In this document: positions 10,565 to 21,058 of the stretch, in pieces
How the letters are laid out: each line of letters opens with the position of its first letter
Numbering within the stretch: the stretch's first letter is position 1
Position numbers and translations under genes: made by a program
Origin: an uncultured delta proteobacterium
GTDB lineage: Bacteria > Desulfobacterota > Syntrophia > Syntrophales > UBA5619
Direction: 5' to 3'
Assembly: GCA_963817385.1 (NCBI GenBank)
Contig: CAWFOM010000006.1
Span: forward strand, 128,001-192,000
DNA: 64,000 nt
The notes under the pieces: model-generated
Database searches by the model: none
Told to the model about the DNA's origin: nothing
The model's input: the letters and a program-made list of their open reading frames with translations, nothing else

Positions 10565-11377
10565 ATGGCAAGGGAAAATACTCTTTCGCCTTTACCGGCC
10601 GGCCTTGAAGGCCGGCCGGTTTACGAACTGCGCGGGGTGAGCAAAACCTATAAAAGGCGCAACGTACATGCACTCGAAAAAATCGATCTTCGTCTGACCG
10701 AGGGGAGCTTCTGGGCGGTTATCGGATCGAGCGGCTGTGGAAAGTCCACCCTGCTCAAGATCATGACCGGCCTCCTGTCGCCGTCGGAAGGCAGTGTGAT
10801 GCTTTCCGGGAAACCGGTGACCGGTCCGCGGCGGGACATCGGGATGATGTTCCAGCAGCCCACCCTTTTCCCCTGGCGCACGGCCGTCGAAAATGTCGTC
10901 CTGCCGATCGAGATACGCGACGGAAAAAAAGCGGCCTTGGCCAAGTACGACGCCGCCAGGGCGCTGCTCGATCTGGTCGGCTTGAAGGGGTTCGAGCAGG
11001 TCTACCCGAACGAGTTATCGGGAGGGATGGCCCAGCGCGTGGCGATCTGCAGAATGCTGATCACCGAGCCGACCGTCCTGCTCCTGGACGAACCATTCAG
11101 CGCACTCGACGAGTTGAGCCGTGACTTCATGGACATGGAGTTGCAGAGGATCTGCAAGGAGCGCAACGCAACGACCTTCCTGGTCACCCATTCGATCCCC
11201 GAGGCCGTTATCCTCTCCGACGTGGTCAGCGTCATGTCCCCGCGCCCCGGGCGCCTCGCTGCCAATGTCACCATCGATCTACCCCGCCCGCGGACTCTGG
11301 AAATGATGACGGAACCGCGCTTCGCCGCGTTCGTCAAACAGATCCGCGAACTACTCGATAAAGGAGCATTCCTATGA
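10565..11377 (+). CDS. ABC transporter ATP-binding protein, NitT/TauT
   Basis: GSSGCGKST, LSGGMAQRV and LLLDEPF motifs. Confidence 0.95.
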   Translation: MARENTLSPLPAGLEGRPVYELRGVSKTYKRRNVHALEKIDLRLTEGSFWAVIGSSGCGKSTLLKIMTGLLSPSEGSVMLSGKPVTGPRRDIGMMFQQPTLFPWRTAVENVVLPIEIRDGKKAALAKYDAARALLDLVGLKGFEQVYPNELSGGMAQRVAICRMLITEPTVLLLDEPFSALDELSRDFMDMELQRICKERNATTFLVTHSIPEAVILSDVVSVMSPRPGRLAANVTIDLPRPRTLEMMTEPRFAAFVKQIRELLDKGAFL

Positions 11378-12243
11378 CTGACAAACTGACAGCGGCCGCC
11401 GAGGAGACTGTTTGTGAGACGACGGTATGGGCACTCGAAAAAGAGTCCTGGATCGACCGGATCCCGCGCCCGGTGACCATGGTATTGCTGCTGTTGGCCT
11501 TCTTGGGCATTTGGCAGGTGGTCTATCTCCTGAAGCTGATTTCGCACATCATCCTGCCCTCGCCGTTCGCGACGATTGAAGATATCGTCACGGTCGGTCT
11601 GAACCTTCTTACCGGGGATTATATGCTGAAATCGCTGTGGACGACGACCCAGGAGGTGCTTTTCGGCTTTATGATTGCAGTCGTACTCGGCTTTTCCCTC
11701 GGGCTGCTCGTCGGCGAGACGGACTTCGGCGAGCGGATGGTGATGCCCTATCTGGTTGCGGTCAACGCGATGCCTAAGGTGGCCTTCGCACCCCTGTTTG
11801 TGTCTTGGCTGGGCTTCGGCATCGCCTCCAAGGTGGCGCTCTCCGCCTTCGTTGCGATCTTCCCGATTATTGTGGCCACGGCGGCCGGGATCCACGCCGC
11901 GGACCAGAATGCACGCATGCTTTTCCGCACGATGGGCGCCACCCGCTGGCAAACCTTAACCCGCCTGAAGCTGCCCACGGGAATGCCTCTCTTTTTCACC
12001 GGGCTGAAGAACGGTGCGGTACTCTCGGTGGTCGGCGCGGTGGTGGGGGAGTTTCTGGGCGGCGGCAAGGGATTCGGCGAGCTGATCCGTATAGCCGCGT
12101 CCATGATCAACACACCGCGGGTCTTTGCTTTGATCATTTATCTCAGCTTGCTGGGCTTGACGACCTTCGGGATAGTGATCTGGCTGCAACGTAAATTGAT
12201 CTTCTGGCACAAGGAAACCGTTGCCGAAGAGTTGTTTGAGTAG
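11374..12243 (+). CDS. ABC transporter permease, NitT/TauT
   Basis: ILPSP, PKVAFAPL, MGATRWQ and GAVVGEF motifs. Confidence 0.92.
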   Translation: MTDKLTAAAEETVCETTVWALEKESWIDRIPRPVTMVLLLLAFLGIWQVVYLLKLISHIILPSPFATIEDIVTVGLNLLTGDYMLKSLWTTTQEVLFGFMIAVVLGFSLGLLVGETDFGERMVMPYLVAVNAMPKVAFAPLFVSWLGFGIASKVALSAFVAIFPIIVATAAGIHAADQNARMLFRTMGATRWQTLTRLKLPTGMPLFFTGLKNGAVLSVVGAVVGEFLGGGKGFGELIRIAASMINTPRVFALIIYLSLLGLTTFGIVIWLQRKLIFWHKETVAEELFE

Positions 12244-12313
12244 GAACAATTCAAGTCGTAACTGATAAAATATAAAACAAATTTTATCAGAAAAACAAAC
12301 ACCAAGAGGAACC

Positions 12314-13162
12314 ATGAAACTTCTTACCTACCGAGCAGACAACGGGCCGCGTGTAGCGATTCTCACCGGGGCAGGCGTAGAGGACGTCGTCCCTGAGACG
12401 GGCGACGCCTATAGCATCATTGCCGCGGGGGGCATACCCAAGACCAATGGTAAGCCTAAGCCGCTCGCTTCGATAAAGTTGCTCGCGCCCATCGCAGAGC
12501 TCAAGCGGCCGGTCATCGCCATCGGGCTCAACTACAAAAAGCACGCCGATGAGAGCGCCCGAAAGACCGGCCAGCGGAAAGTGGGCGTCTACCCGGAGAA
12601 CCCTATTTTCTTCAGCAAATGGCCCGGCTCACACAATGGGCCCGATGGTGAGATCGTCCACCATGCGATCACCCGGGAACTCGATTACGAATGCGAGCTG
12701 GTCATTGTTATCGGCAAGCAGGGGATCAACATCCCGAAGGACCGGGCTATGGACCACGTCTACGGCTATACGATCATGAACGAGGTTTCGGCCCGTGATA
12801 TCCAGCGTCGCCACACCCAGTTGTTCAAGGGCAAAGGTTTGGACACCTTCGGTCCGCTGGGGCCGTGGATTGTCACCAAGGATGAGGCCGGCGACGGCAA
12901 CAACCTTGCCCTCCAGAGCCGGGTGAACGGCCAGACGCGACAGAACTCCAACACCAACGACATGATCTTCGACATTGCCACGATCATCTCGGTCCTCTCG
13001 GAGGGTTTCACCCTCCGTCCGGGCGACCTCATCGCCACCGGTACGCCCGAGGGCGTGGGCTTTGCCATGGACCCCCCCGGAACCCTGAATCCGGGAGATG
13101 TTGTGGAATGTGAGATCGAGAAGATCGGGGTGCTGCGCAACCACGTCGTCGCGCCGAAGTAA
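12314..13162 (+). CDS. Fumarylacetoacetate hydrolase family protein
   Basis: IGLNYKKH, LDYECEL, NEVSARD, GPLGPW and TGTPEGVG motifs. Confidence 0.93.
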   Translation: MKLLTYRADNGPRVAILTGAGVEDVVPETGDAYSIIAAGGIPKTNGKPKPLASIKLLAPIAELKRPVIAIGLNYKKHADESARKTGQRKVGVYPENPIFFSKWPGSHNGPDGEIVHHAITRELDYECELVIVIGKQGINIPKDRAMDHVYGYTIMNEVSARDIQRRHTQLFKGKGLDTFGPLGPWIVTKDEAGDGNNLALQSRVNGQTRQNSNTNDMIFDIATIISVLSEGFTLRPGDLIATGTPEGVGFAMDPPGTLNPGDVVECEIEKIGVLRNHVVAPK

Positions 13163-13512
13163 CGGTATTTTATACAATCCCCCGATCGCCTTTGCCTTCA
13201 TGTTTACCTGATCGGTAAACAGCCGGATCCCTTGTATGCCCTGAGAATCCTCTTCAGATCTCCAGAAGAGGGAAAATCCGTCATGAAGATTGGGAGAGAT
13301 TTGCACAATTCGTCACTCACACCAATGGAAGGATCGGCATACCAACTGAAGCAGGGATGACTGGTCGATAAGATGGTGCATCACTGAGCGGATACAGGGA
13401 GTTTCTTCGAACGATAAATCTCCGTTCCGGTATGGGAAACATCGGAGAATTCCTTTCATGGAGTTGAGCGGGCATATGGGGAGATCGTCAGTGCATCTGG
13501 TAGGAGGATGAT

Positions 13513-13971
13513 GTGGGAAGACAACGAGTTGCGGGTTTCATATTCCTTTTCATCGGGGTTCTCTTTTTCGCGGACTCGCTTCAGCTTTCCTGGGGTTCAT
13601 GGGCGGAACCGGGCCCGGCGCCCTTTCCGTTGGCTGTTTCTCTGCTACTTTCAATTGCAGGTATCGGCAAAATTGTTCAGGACCAAAAAGCGGGGGGAAA
13701 AGGAGGGCGGATAGAATGGCGTGCGATGGCCCGCGGCTTCCTTACCCCGCTGAAGATTCTTGGCACCACCCTGATATTCATCCTGGTCCTGGAACGATTG
13801 GGGTACCTCGTTGCCACGCTGCTTTTCCTGTTTGTCCTTTTCCTGTGGGTGGGTCGTTACCGCGTATGGATCGCCATGGGACTTTCCGTCGTCATCGGTG
13901 CGGGGAGCTGGTATTTTTTTGAGATGATTCTCAAGGTCCAACTGCCTGAGGGATTATTGCGGTATTTGTAG
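13513..13971 (+). CDS. tctB: TTT small membrane subunit
   Basis: EPGPAPFP and LKVQLPEG motifs; AGGAGG before GTG start. Confidence 0.88.
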   Translation: MGRQRVAGFIFLFIGVLFFADSLQLSWGSWAEPGPAPFPLAVSLLLSIAGIGKIVQDQKAGGKGGRIEWRAMARGFLTPLKILGTTLIFILVLERLGYLVATLLFLFVLFLWVGRYRVWIAMGLSVVIGAGSWYFFEMILKVQLPEGLLRYL

Positions 13972-14008
13972 CACGTCTTCCGAAAACAGAGGGAAATGAG
14001 GGATACCG

Positions 14009-15520
14009 ATGGATGTTCTCGACAATCTGATTTACGGATTTCAGACTGCGCTGACGCTTCAAAATATCTATCTCTGTTTCATCGGATGTTTGTGGGGGAC
14101 GATGGTGGGAGTACTTCCCGGCATCGGTCCCGTGGCGGGTATCACCCTCCTCATTCCTGCCACGTTCGGTCTCAATGCGACGAGCGCCCTCATCATGCTG
14201 GCGGGAATTTACTACGGAGCCATGTATGGCGGGTCGACAACCTCCATCTTGATGAATGTTCCCGGAGAATCCGCGTCGGTTGTTACCTGCATTGACGGCT
14301 ATCAGATGACTCTCAAAGGGCGGGGGGGAGCCGCCCTGTTTATCAGCGCATGGGGATCTTGGATCGGAGGAACCTTCAGTATCATCGGTGTCATGTTGTT
14401 GACTCCCGTTCTTGCGGATCTGGCGGTGAAACTGGGTCCTGCCGAGATGTTCGCCATACTGCTCCTCTGTTTCATTTTGCTGGCATCCCTCGGCAGCGGT
14501 TCGTTCTTTGATACCATGCCGGTCATTCTCATTGGTCTGTTGGTCTGTACGGTGGGGATTGACAGTCAGAGCGGGGAACAGCGGTTTACTCATGGCATTA
14601 CGAATCTTTATGACGGGATTGGATTCCTTCCGGTCGGTATGGGTGCGCTGGGGGTGGCGGAAGTTCTTCGGTCCACCGAGGAAAATCTGTTAAGAATCGT
14701 CAATAAGGTCAGATTGCGGGAACTACTTCCCACCCGAAGTGAACTCCGTGCCTCGTGGGGTCCCATTATTCGCGGCTCCGGCCTCGGGTTTGTCATCGGC
14801 CTTCTTCCCGGCTCCGCTCATATTCTCTCGAGCTTCCTGAGTTATGCGCTTGAGAAAAAACTTGCGACGAAGCCGGAAGAATTTGGAACCGGCCGTATTG
14901 AAGGAGTAGCCGGGCCGGAGACGGCCAACAATGCCGCCTCCGGAAGCGCTCTCATTCCCCTTCTGGCGTTGGGCATCCCCACAGGAAACGCGCCCGCCGT
15001 GATGCTGATTGCGTTACTGATCCATGGCGTACGCCCGGGCCCCCTTCTTATCTCGGAATCACCGGAGATTTTTTGGGGTTTGGTGGCAAGCATGTACATC
15101 GGAAATCTCGTCCTGGTGATCCTGAACCTTCCGCTCGTGGGCATCTTCGTGAAGCTGCTCCGCATTCCGTTCCGTATCCTTTTCCCGATCATCATCTTGG
15201 TCTGCCTGGTCGGGACCTATTCCATCAAGGGGAGCACCTTCGAACTGGGCGTGCTTTTATTTTTCGGATTACTTGGGTATATCTTGCGGAAATTGAAGTA
15301 TGACGTTCCACCGTTGATTCTGGCGTTGATCGTCGGGCAGACGATGGAGATGAGTTTTCGCCAGTCACTGATGCGGAGCGGGGGGTCCTTCTCCATCTTT
15401 TGGGAGAGTCCTATGGCGATGGTCCTTATTCTTATCTCGTTTTTCATGATTTCCTGGAATATATACCGTGCCATGAGGCCTGAAAAGGCATCGTGGGAAA
15501 AGGCATTAGAGGAGGGCTGA
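14009..15520 (+). CDS. tctA: TTT permease
   Basis: GAMYGGSTTSIL and GPETANNA motifs. Confidence 0.95.
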   Translation: MDVLDNLIYGFQTALTLQNIYLCFIGCLWGTMVGVLPGIGPVAGITLLIPATFGLNATSALIMLAGIYYGAMYGGSTTSILMNVPGESASVVTCIDGYQMTLKGRGGAALFISAWGSWIGGTFSIIGVMLLTPVLADLAVKLGPAEMFAILLLCFILLASLGSGSFFDTMPVILIGLLVCTVGIDSQSGEQRFTHGITNLYDGIGFLPVGMGALGVAEVLRSTEENLLRIVNKVRLRELLPTRSELRASWGPIIRGSGLGFVIGLLPGSAHILSSFLSYALEKKLATKPEEFGTGRIEGVAGPETANNAASGSALIPLLALGIPTGNAPAVMLIALLIHGVRPGPLLISESPEIFWGLVASMYIGNLVLVILNLPLVGIFVKLLRIPFRILFPIIILVCLVGTYSIKGSTFELGVLLFFGLLGYILRKLKYDVPPLILALIVGQTMEMSFRQSLMRSGGSFSIFWESPMAMVLILISFFMISWNIYRAMRPEKASWEKALEEG

Positions 15521-15633
15521 TGATCCGATGAGAAAGATTGAGATGGCACAATGTCCTTGATGAAAGGTGAATTGTGGCGAACAAGGGACTGAAGATGTCT
15601 TGATCATCCAAGCAAAGAAAGGGAGGGTTTTTC

Positions 15634-16611
15634 ATGAAGAAGATACTGAGCGTCACGGCAATAATCGCAATTCTCATGCTAACCATCACTCAGGTTTCGA
15701 TGTCGGCGGAATATCCAACAAAACCCGTCACCCTCATTAGCCCTATGGCGCCGGGAGGGATGCACGATGTCATAGGTCGTTCATTCGCAACGGTTGCGGA
15801 AAGGACATTCGGTAAACCGGTCGTCGTAACCAATGTAGCGGGGGCGGCCGGTCTGATCGGGGGGCATAAGATTGTTTCTGCCGATCCGGACGGCTATACC
15901 CTCGGCGTGGACTCGACCACCATCACGAATTCGGTAACATGGGAGATCGCCAACGGACGGACCCCCCCCTTCATGTTAAAAGACCTGGACTTGATCGGAT
16001 CTCTGACACTGGGTCCTCCATTGGTTCTGGTCCCGTTCAACAGCCCCTGGCAGACACTCACTGACCTGATAAGAGATTGTAAGGCAAAGCCCGATTTTTA
16101 TGCCTACTCGTCTGCCGGTCATATGGGGGGTACGCACATCGCCGCGGCGATATTGGTAAACGGGGCGGGACTCAAGGTCCGCCATGTGCCTTACGTAGGC
16201 GGGGGAGCGGCAATTTCGGCTCTCGTGGGGGGGCACGTCCATTTCATGTGTCAGTATGTTCCCGGCGCCTTTTCCTTGGTACGCGGTAAAAAGTTACGGG
16301 CGCTGGCTGTCCAGGGGGGCAGCAGGGTAAAAACTCTGCCCGATGTTCCTACCGTAAGGGAGCTCGGGATCGATGCGGAGTGGGAGCAGTGGTATGGGAT
16401 GTCGGCGGCAAAAAATATTCCCGCGCCGATTATGCAAAAGATCAGAGATATTATGAAGCGGGTTAGTGAGGACGATGCGTTCATCAAGGTCATGCAAAAC
16501 CAGGGAGATGATGTCGTTTATATGGATCATATCCAATTGGCCAAGCATCGGGAGATTGAAGCTGAGAAGGCCATGAAGCTCTTTAAAAAATTCATTGCGG
16601 AGAAAAAATAG
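15634..16611 (+). CDS. tctC: TTT substrate-binding protein
   Basis: YPTKPV, PGGMHD, DGYTL, HVPYVGG and PDVPTVRELG motifs. Confidence 0.92.
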   Translation: MKKILSVTAIIAILMLTITQVSMSAEYPTKPVTLISPMAPGGMHDVIGRSFATVAERTFGKPVVVTNVAGAAGLIGGHKIVSADPDGYTLGVDSTTITNSVTWEIANGRTPPFMLKDLDLIGSLTLGPPLVLVPFNSPWQTLTDLIRDCKAKPDFYAYSSAGHMGGTHIAAAILVNGAGLKVRHVPYVGGGAAISALVGGHVHFMCQYVPGAFSLVRGKKLRALAVQGGSRVKTLPDVPTVRELGIDAEWEQWYGMSAAKNIPAPIMQKIRDIMKRVSEDDAFIKVMQNQGDDVVYMDHIQLAKHREIEAEKAMKLFKKFIAEKK

Positions 16612-16627
16612 AGGTGAGGAGATCGCT

Positions 16628-17089
16628 ATGACCAAAGACCGGGCGGCAGGCCTCATGTTTCTGGCGGCAGGGGCGTATGGGCTGTTTTTTTCTCTTCAAC
16701 TTCCGATGGGTAAGTGGAATGAACCGGGTGCCGGGGTCTTCCCGCTCGTCCTTTCGATCCTGCTGTTGATATCGGGAATAGCATGGATTATCCGCGGGAA
16801 ACGCGGGGGGGGCGGTGACGCTGAGGATAAGAAGGTGGACGGATATGCTATCGTCAAGCAACTGTCGACGCCACTGAAAATTATCGTCCTTACGGCTCTG
16901 TTCATTCTGGTCTTGAACCGGGTGGGCTACATAGTGACCGCAACTCTGTACATCTTCACGCTCCTCATCTGGGTATCTCGATATCGGCTCGTCGTTTCCA
17001 TCGCGCTTGCCGTTTTCATCGGAGTGGGAAGCTGGTTATTTTTTGAAAGGATTCTTGCGGTGCCGTTACCCCAGGGATTCCGCTTGTAG
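16628..17089 (+). CDS. tctB: TTT small membrane subunit
   Basis: EPGAGVFP and LAVPLPQG; paralog of the gene at 13513. Confidence 0.88.
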   Translation: MTKDRAAGLMFLAAGAYGLFFSLQLPMGKWNEPGAGVFPLVLSILLLISGIAWIIRGKRGGGGDAEDKKVDGYAIVKQLSTPLKIIVLTALFILVLNRVGYIVTATLYIFTLLIWVSRYRLVVSIALAVFIGVGSWLFFERILAVPLPQGFRL

Positions 17090-17125
17090 TCGTTCACGGT
17101 AGCCATTCCCGGGCGGAGGTTGTTC

Positions 17126-18640
17126 ATGGATGTTGCAAACGGTCTGTTAAGCGGATTTCAAACTGCACTGAGTCTTCAGAATATTTACCTCTGCTTTATC
17201 GGTTGTCTATGGGGAACGATGGTAGGGGTTTTGCCGGGGATCGGCCCCCTCGCCGGGATCACCCTGCTCATCCCGGCGACGTTTGGACTCGACGCAACCG
17301 GCGCTATCATCATGCTCGCAGGCATTTATTACGGCGCCATGTATGGCGGCTCGACCACGTCGATCCTCATGAACGTTCCGGGAGAATCGGCCTCAGTTGT
17401 CACCTGCATCGAAGGCTATCAGATGACCCTCAAAGGGCGCGGCGGGGCAGCCCTCTTCATCTCGGCCTGGGGGTCCTTCATCGGAGGAACCCTGAGTATC
17501 ATCGGGCTCATGGTGTTGGCGCCGACGTTGGCCAATTTTGCCATGAAGTTCGGTCCTCCCGAGATGTTTTCGGTCCTATTGGTCGCGTTTATTCTCCTCG
17601 GCTCCTTGGGCAGCGGGTCCTTCTTCAGGACCATGCCCATGGTTTTTCTGGGTTTGCTGATCGGCGCCGTGGGAATGGACCAGTTAACCGGGGCGCTGCG
17701 TTTTACCCATGGTGTTACGGAACTGTATGACGGCATCGGTCTTCTCCCCGTCGCAATGGGTGCCATGGGGGTCGGGGAGATTCTTGTTGCCACGGAAGAG
17801 AGTCTCACGCGGGTGATCCACAAAATAAAACTTCGCGAGCTGTTACCGACGCGCGAAGAGCTGCGCTCCTCCTGGGGGCCCATTTTCCGTGGATCGGGTA
17901 TTGGGTTCGCGATCGGTCTGTTGCCCGGGTCAGCCCATGTCCTGTCGAGTTTCGTCAGTTACATGACGGAAAAGAGATTGGCCCATCGACCGGAAGAGTT
18001 CGGAAGCGGCCGCATCGAAGGGGTGGCCGGTCCGGAGACGGCCAATAATGCCGCTTCGGGTAGTGCGATGATCCCCTTCCTGAGTTTGGGCATCCCTACC
18101 GGACCCGCCCCTGCGGTCATGATGATTGCCCTTCTCATCCATGGGATTTCTCCCGGTCCCCTCTTCATCTCAAAGTACCCGGAGGTATTTTGGGGTTTGA
18201 TCGCAAGCATGTATATCGGGAATGTCATCCTGATCATCCTGAACCTGCCCCTGGTGGGGGTCTTCGTCAGCCTGCTGAGAATTCCGTTCCGTATTCTCTT
18301 CCCCGTCATTTTACTCATCTGCCTGGTCGGGACCTATTCGGTGAATTCGAGCACCTTTGAATTGTCCGTGCTCTTGTTCTTTGGAATTCTGGGGTATTTC
18401 AACAGAAAGATTCAGTACGATATGGCGCCCCTCATTCTGGCCATGATTATCGGGCCGACTATGGAATTGAGCCTGCGTCAGGCCCTGATGCGCAGTGACG
18501 GCTCGTTCATGATTTTCTTGGAGAGCCCGATCACCATGACGCTCATTACTGCTTCATTTCTCCTGCTGTTTTGGAATATCTATCGAAGTTTAAAACCGAC
18601 GAAGGCTTCCTGGGAAAAGGCATTGGAAGAAGGCAAATAA
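17126..18640 (+). CDS. tctA: TTT permease
   Basis: Same motifs as, and close paralog of, the gene at 14009 (shared C-terminal KASWEKALEEG). Confidence 0.95.
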   Translation: MDVANGLLSGFQTALSLQNIYLCFIGCLWGTMVGVLPGIGPLAGITLLIPATFGLDATGAIIMLAGIYYGAMYGGSTTSILMNVPGESASVVTCIEGYQMTLKGRGGAALFISAWGSFIGGTLSIIGLMVLAPTLANFAMKFGPPEMFSVLLVAFILLGSLGSGSFFRTMPMVFLGLLIGAVGMDQLTGALRFTHGVTELYDGIGLLPVAMGAMGVGEILVATEESLTRVIHKIKLRELLPTREELRSSWGPIFRGSGIGFAIGLLPGSAHVLSSFVSYMTEKRLAHRPEEFGSGRIEGVAGPETANNAASGSAMIPFLSLGIPTGPAPAVMMIALLIHGISPGPLFISKYPEVFWGLIASMYIGNVILIILNLPLVGVFVSLLRIPFRILFPVILLICLVGTYSVNSSTFELSVLLFFGILGYFNRKIQYDMAPLILAMIIGPTMELSLRQALMRSDGSFMIFLESPITMTLITASFLLLFWNIYRSLKPTKASWEKALEEGK

Positions 18641-18701
18641 GCCAATTTCACTTATCTACGGGAAAGTGACTTGTATCGATTTATGAAGAGGAGGAAGGGA
18701 T

Positions 18702-19808
18702 ATGGTCAAACAAGCGGAAGAAGGAGCGACTCATCATAAGGAACTCGGGATTGCCGTTGTCGGTGCGGGCCGCATGGGGACGCGGCGGGCCAGTATTGCC
18801 GCGACTCACCCGGCAGTCAGGTTCCTGGCCATTTCCGACATCGATTCCTCGCGGGCCCGTTCGTTGGGTGAACAGGTGCATGCTCACTTCACCTCGGGAG
18901 ATAATCTTGAGGTCATCTCGCGACCGGAGGTGAATGCGGTCATTGTCTCAACCCCCGAGCACGATCACACCCTGGCCGTTCTTCAGGCCCTCAAGCTCGG
19001 CAAACCGGTTCTTGTGGAAAAACCGATTGCGCTCAGCCTCGAAGATGCAAATACCATTGTAGCCGCGGTTAACGAGGCGAAAGGCGATCTTTTTGTCGGG
19101 TATAGTAAACGATATACCCGCTCCTATATCCTCGCAAAAGAATATATCTCCAAGGGGTGTCTCGGGCAGATGGTCGGGGCATCGACACGGGTCTATAACT
19201 CGCGGGCGCAGGCGTTCCAAATTCTTAAACGCTCCTTCCATGCCACGCCGGTTCTGGATGTTCTGACGTACTATGTGGATCTGATCTGCTGGTTTTTTGA
19301 AGGCAATTCTCCCGCGGAAGTGGTCGCCCGCGGTCAAAAGGGTGTGTTCAAGGAGGCCGGGTACACCGCCGACGATGTGACCTGGGCGATCCTGACATTT
19401 TCCGATGGCGCTGTTGTAAGCCTTGGCGTTGACTACGCATTTCCGGAGAAGTATCCCAGCCTCGGACAGAGTCCGCGTACGGAAATTCTCGGCACGGAAG
19501 GGGTGATCCTGCTTGATGAGGATCACAAGGAGCATATCCTCTATACAAACCGGGGCGTGAGCCACGGGTATGTCCCCGGACACGATATCCCCATGGCATT
19601 CCTGGGCACTTCCTCCTCCGGGGACTTTGCCCTGGGTGATTTCTGGGGGCCTCAGGCCGACGAGACCCGCGGCTGGCTCGATTACCTCTCAACGGGGCGA
19701 CCGTGCATTCTTCCTCGACCTGCGGAGGGGTTAAAAACGCTGGAAATAACCCTGGCGATCGAGCGAGCGGTCAAAACGAAGGAATCGGTACGATTGCCGC
19801 TCGCGTGA
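18702..19808 (+). CDS. Gfo/Idh/MocA family oxidoreductase
   Basis: VVGAGRMG Rossmann motif and GKPVLVEKP. Confidence 0.9.
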   Translation: MVKQAEEGATHHKELGIAVVGAGRMGTRRASIAATHPAVRFLAISDIDSSRARSLGEQVHAHFTSGDNLEVISRPEVNAVIVSTPEHDHTLAVLQALKLGKPVLVEKPIALSLEDANTIVAAVNEAKGDLFVGYSKRYTRSYILAKEYISKGCLGQMVGASTRVYNSRAQAFQILKRSFHATPVLDVLTYYVDLICWFFEGNSPAEVVARGQKGVFKEAGYTADDVTWAILTFSDGAVVSLGVDYAFPEKYPSLGQSPRTEILGTEGVILLDEDHKEHILYTNRGVSHGYVPGHDIPMAFLGTSSSGDFALGDFWGPQADETRGWLDYLSTGRPCILPRPAEGLKTLEITLAIERAVKTKESVRLPLA

Positions 19809-19935
19809 TCAATGAAACCGACCGACCCTGCATCTTCAGGTGTAGCCGGCATTTCCCCTTTTGGGGATCACCGGCACGACAGCATTACTGATTGGTAAAG
19901 AGGTTTACTCTTTTTCATAAAACGGAGGTGGAATC

Positions 19936-20922
19936 ATGAAAAAAAGAACCCGTATCGTGTCTATCTCGTTAATGGTGAGTTTGACCCTGGCAACAGTATC
20001 CTTGGCTGCCGATTATCCAACCAAAACCATCACCCTGATCAATCCGAACGCTCCCGGAGGAGGTCATGATGCTGTTGCACGCGCTTTCGCTTCAGTCGCA
20101 GAAAAAATGTTGGGGCAGCCGGTTATCGTTGTGAATAAAGCGGGTGCTTCCACCATGCTGGGCATGTCGGCCGTTGCCCAGTCGGCTCCGGACGGCTACA
20201 CCCTCGGGGTGGACTCGACCACAACGACCAGCGCTCTGGAATGGGAGATCGCAAACGGCAGGAAACCCCCGTTGACCCGGGGAGATCTGCTTCCCATCGG
20301 TGGGATGACCGTCAACGTGCCCGTAGTCATCGTTCCGTTTAACAGCCCATGGAAAACGATGGCCGACATGGTGAAGGATCTGAAGGCCAAGCCGAACTTC
20401 TATGCCTTCTGCTCAGGAGGTCTGTATGGGGGAACTCATCTCCCTGCCGAAGTTTTGTTGCAGGCAACCGGGACGAAGGCTCGTCATGTCCCCCACAAGG
20501 GCGGTGGTCCCTGTCTTGCGGCAGTGGTGGGTGAACATGTCCATTTCTCGACGCAGTGGCCGGCCACGTCAATCCCCCTGGCGGAGGGGAAGAAAGTAAG
20601 AATCCTCGCCGTTCAAGGCGACAAGCGCATAAAATCCATCCCGGATATTCCGACACTGAAGGAGCTGGGGATTGACGCAGAGTGGGTCCAGTGGTTGGGC
20701 ATCTCCGCGACGAAGAAAACCCCCGCCCCGATCGCGGCAAAGATCAAGGACGTGGTCAAGAAGGTAGCAGAGGATGATGCTTTCGACAAATTATTGGAGA
20801 GCCAGGGAGCGGAGGCCCGTTATTTGACCAGCGAGAGTGTGGAGGATTTCATTAAAGCGGAAACCAAGGTGCTGGCTATCATCTATAAACAGCTCCTCGA
20901 GGAAGAGAAGAACAAAAAATGA
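19936..20922 (+). CDS. tctC: TTT substrate-binding protein
   Basis: YPTKTI, PGGGHD, DGYTLGVDSTT; paralog of the gene at 15634. Confidence 0.92.
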   Translation: MKKRTRIVSISLMVSLTLATVSLAADYPTKTITLINPNAPGGGHDAVARAFASVAEKMLGQPVIVVNKAGASTMLGMSAVAQSAPDGYTLGVDSTTTTSALEWEIANGRKPPLTRGDLLPIGGMTVNVPVVIVPFNSPWKTMADMVKDLKAKPNFYAFCSGGLYGGTHLPAEVLLQATGTKARHVPHKGGGPCLAAVVGEHVHFSTQWPATSIPLAEGKKVRILAVQGDKRIKSIPDIPTLKELGIDAEWVQWLGISATKKTPAPIAAKIKDVVKKVAEDDAFDKLLESQGAEARYLTSESVEDFIKAETKVLAIIYKQLLEEEKNKK

Positions 20923-21058
20923 GGGAACGATGAGTTGAACAATTGCTTACGCCCCATCCCTGCCCATAGTTCCTTCCCGCCGGCAAACGCCGCGGTAAAG
21001 ATCTTGGAAGCAGGGGGATGGCTATATCCTCCCCGCCGTGGGGGCAATATCGGTTTAT

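Noticed and set aside
13163..13500. Palindrome TGTTTACC-N5-GGTAAACA and a hairpin in the long intergenic spacer
   Set aside because: Single occurrences that could be a terminator or operator; not enough support for a call
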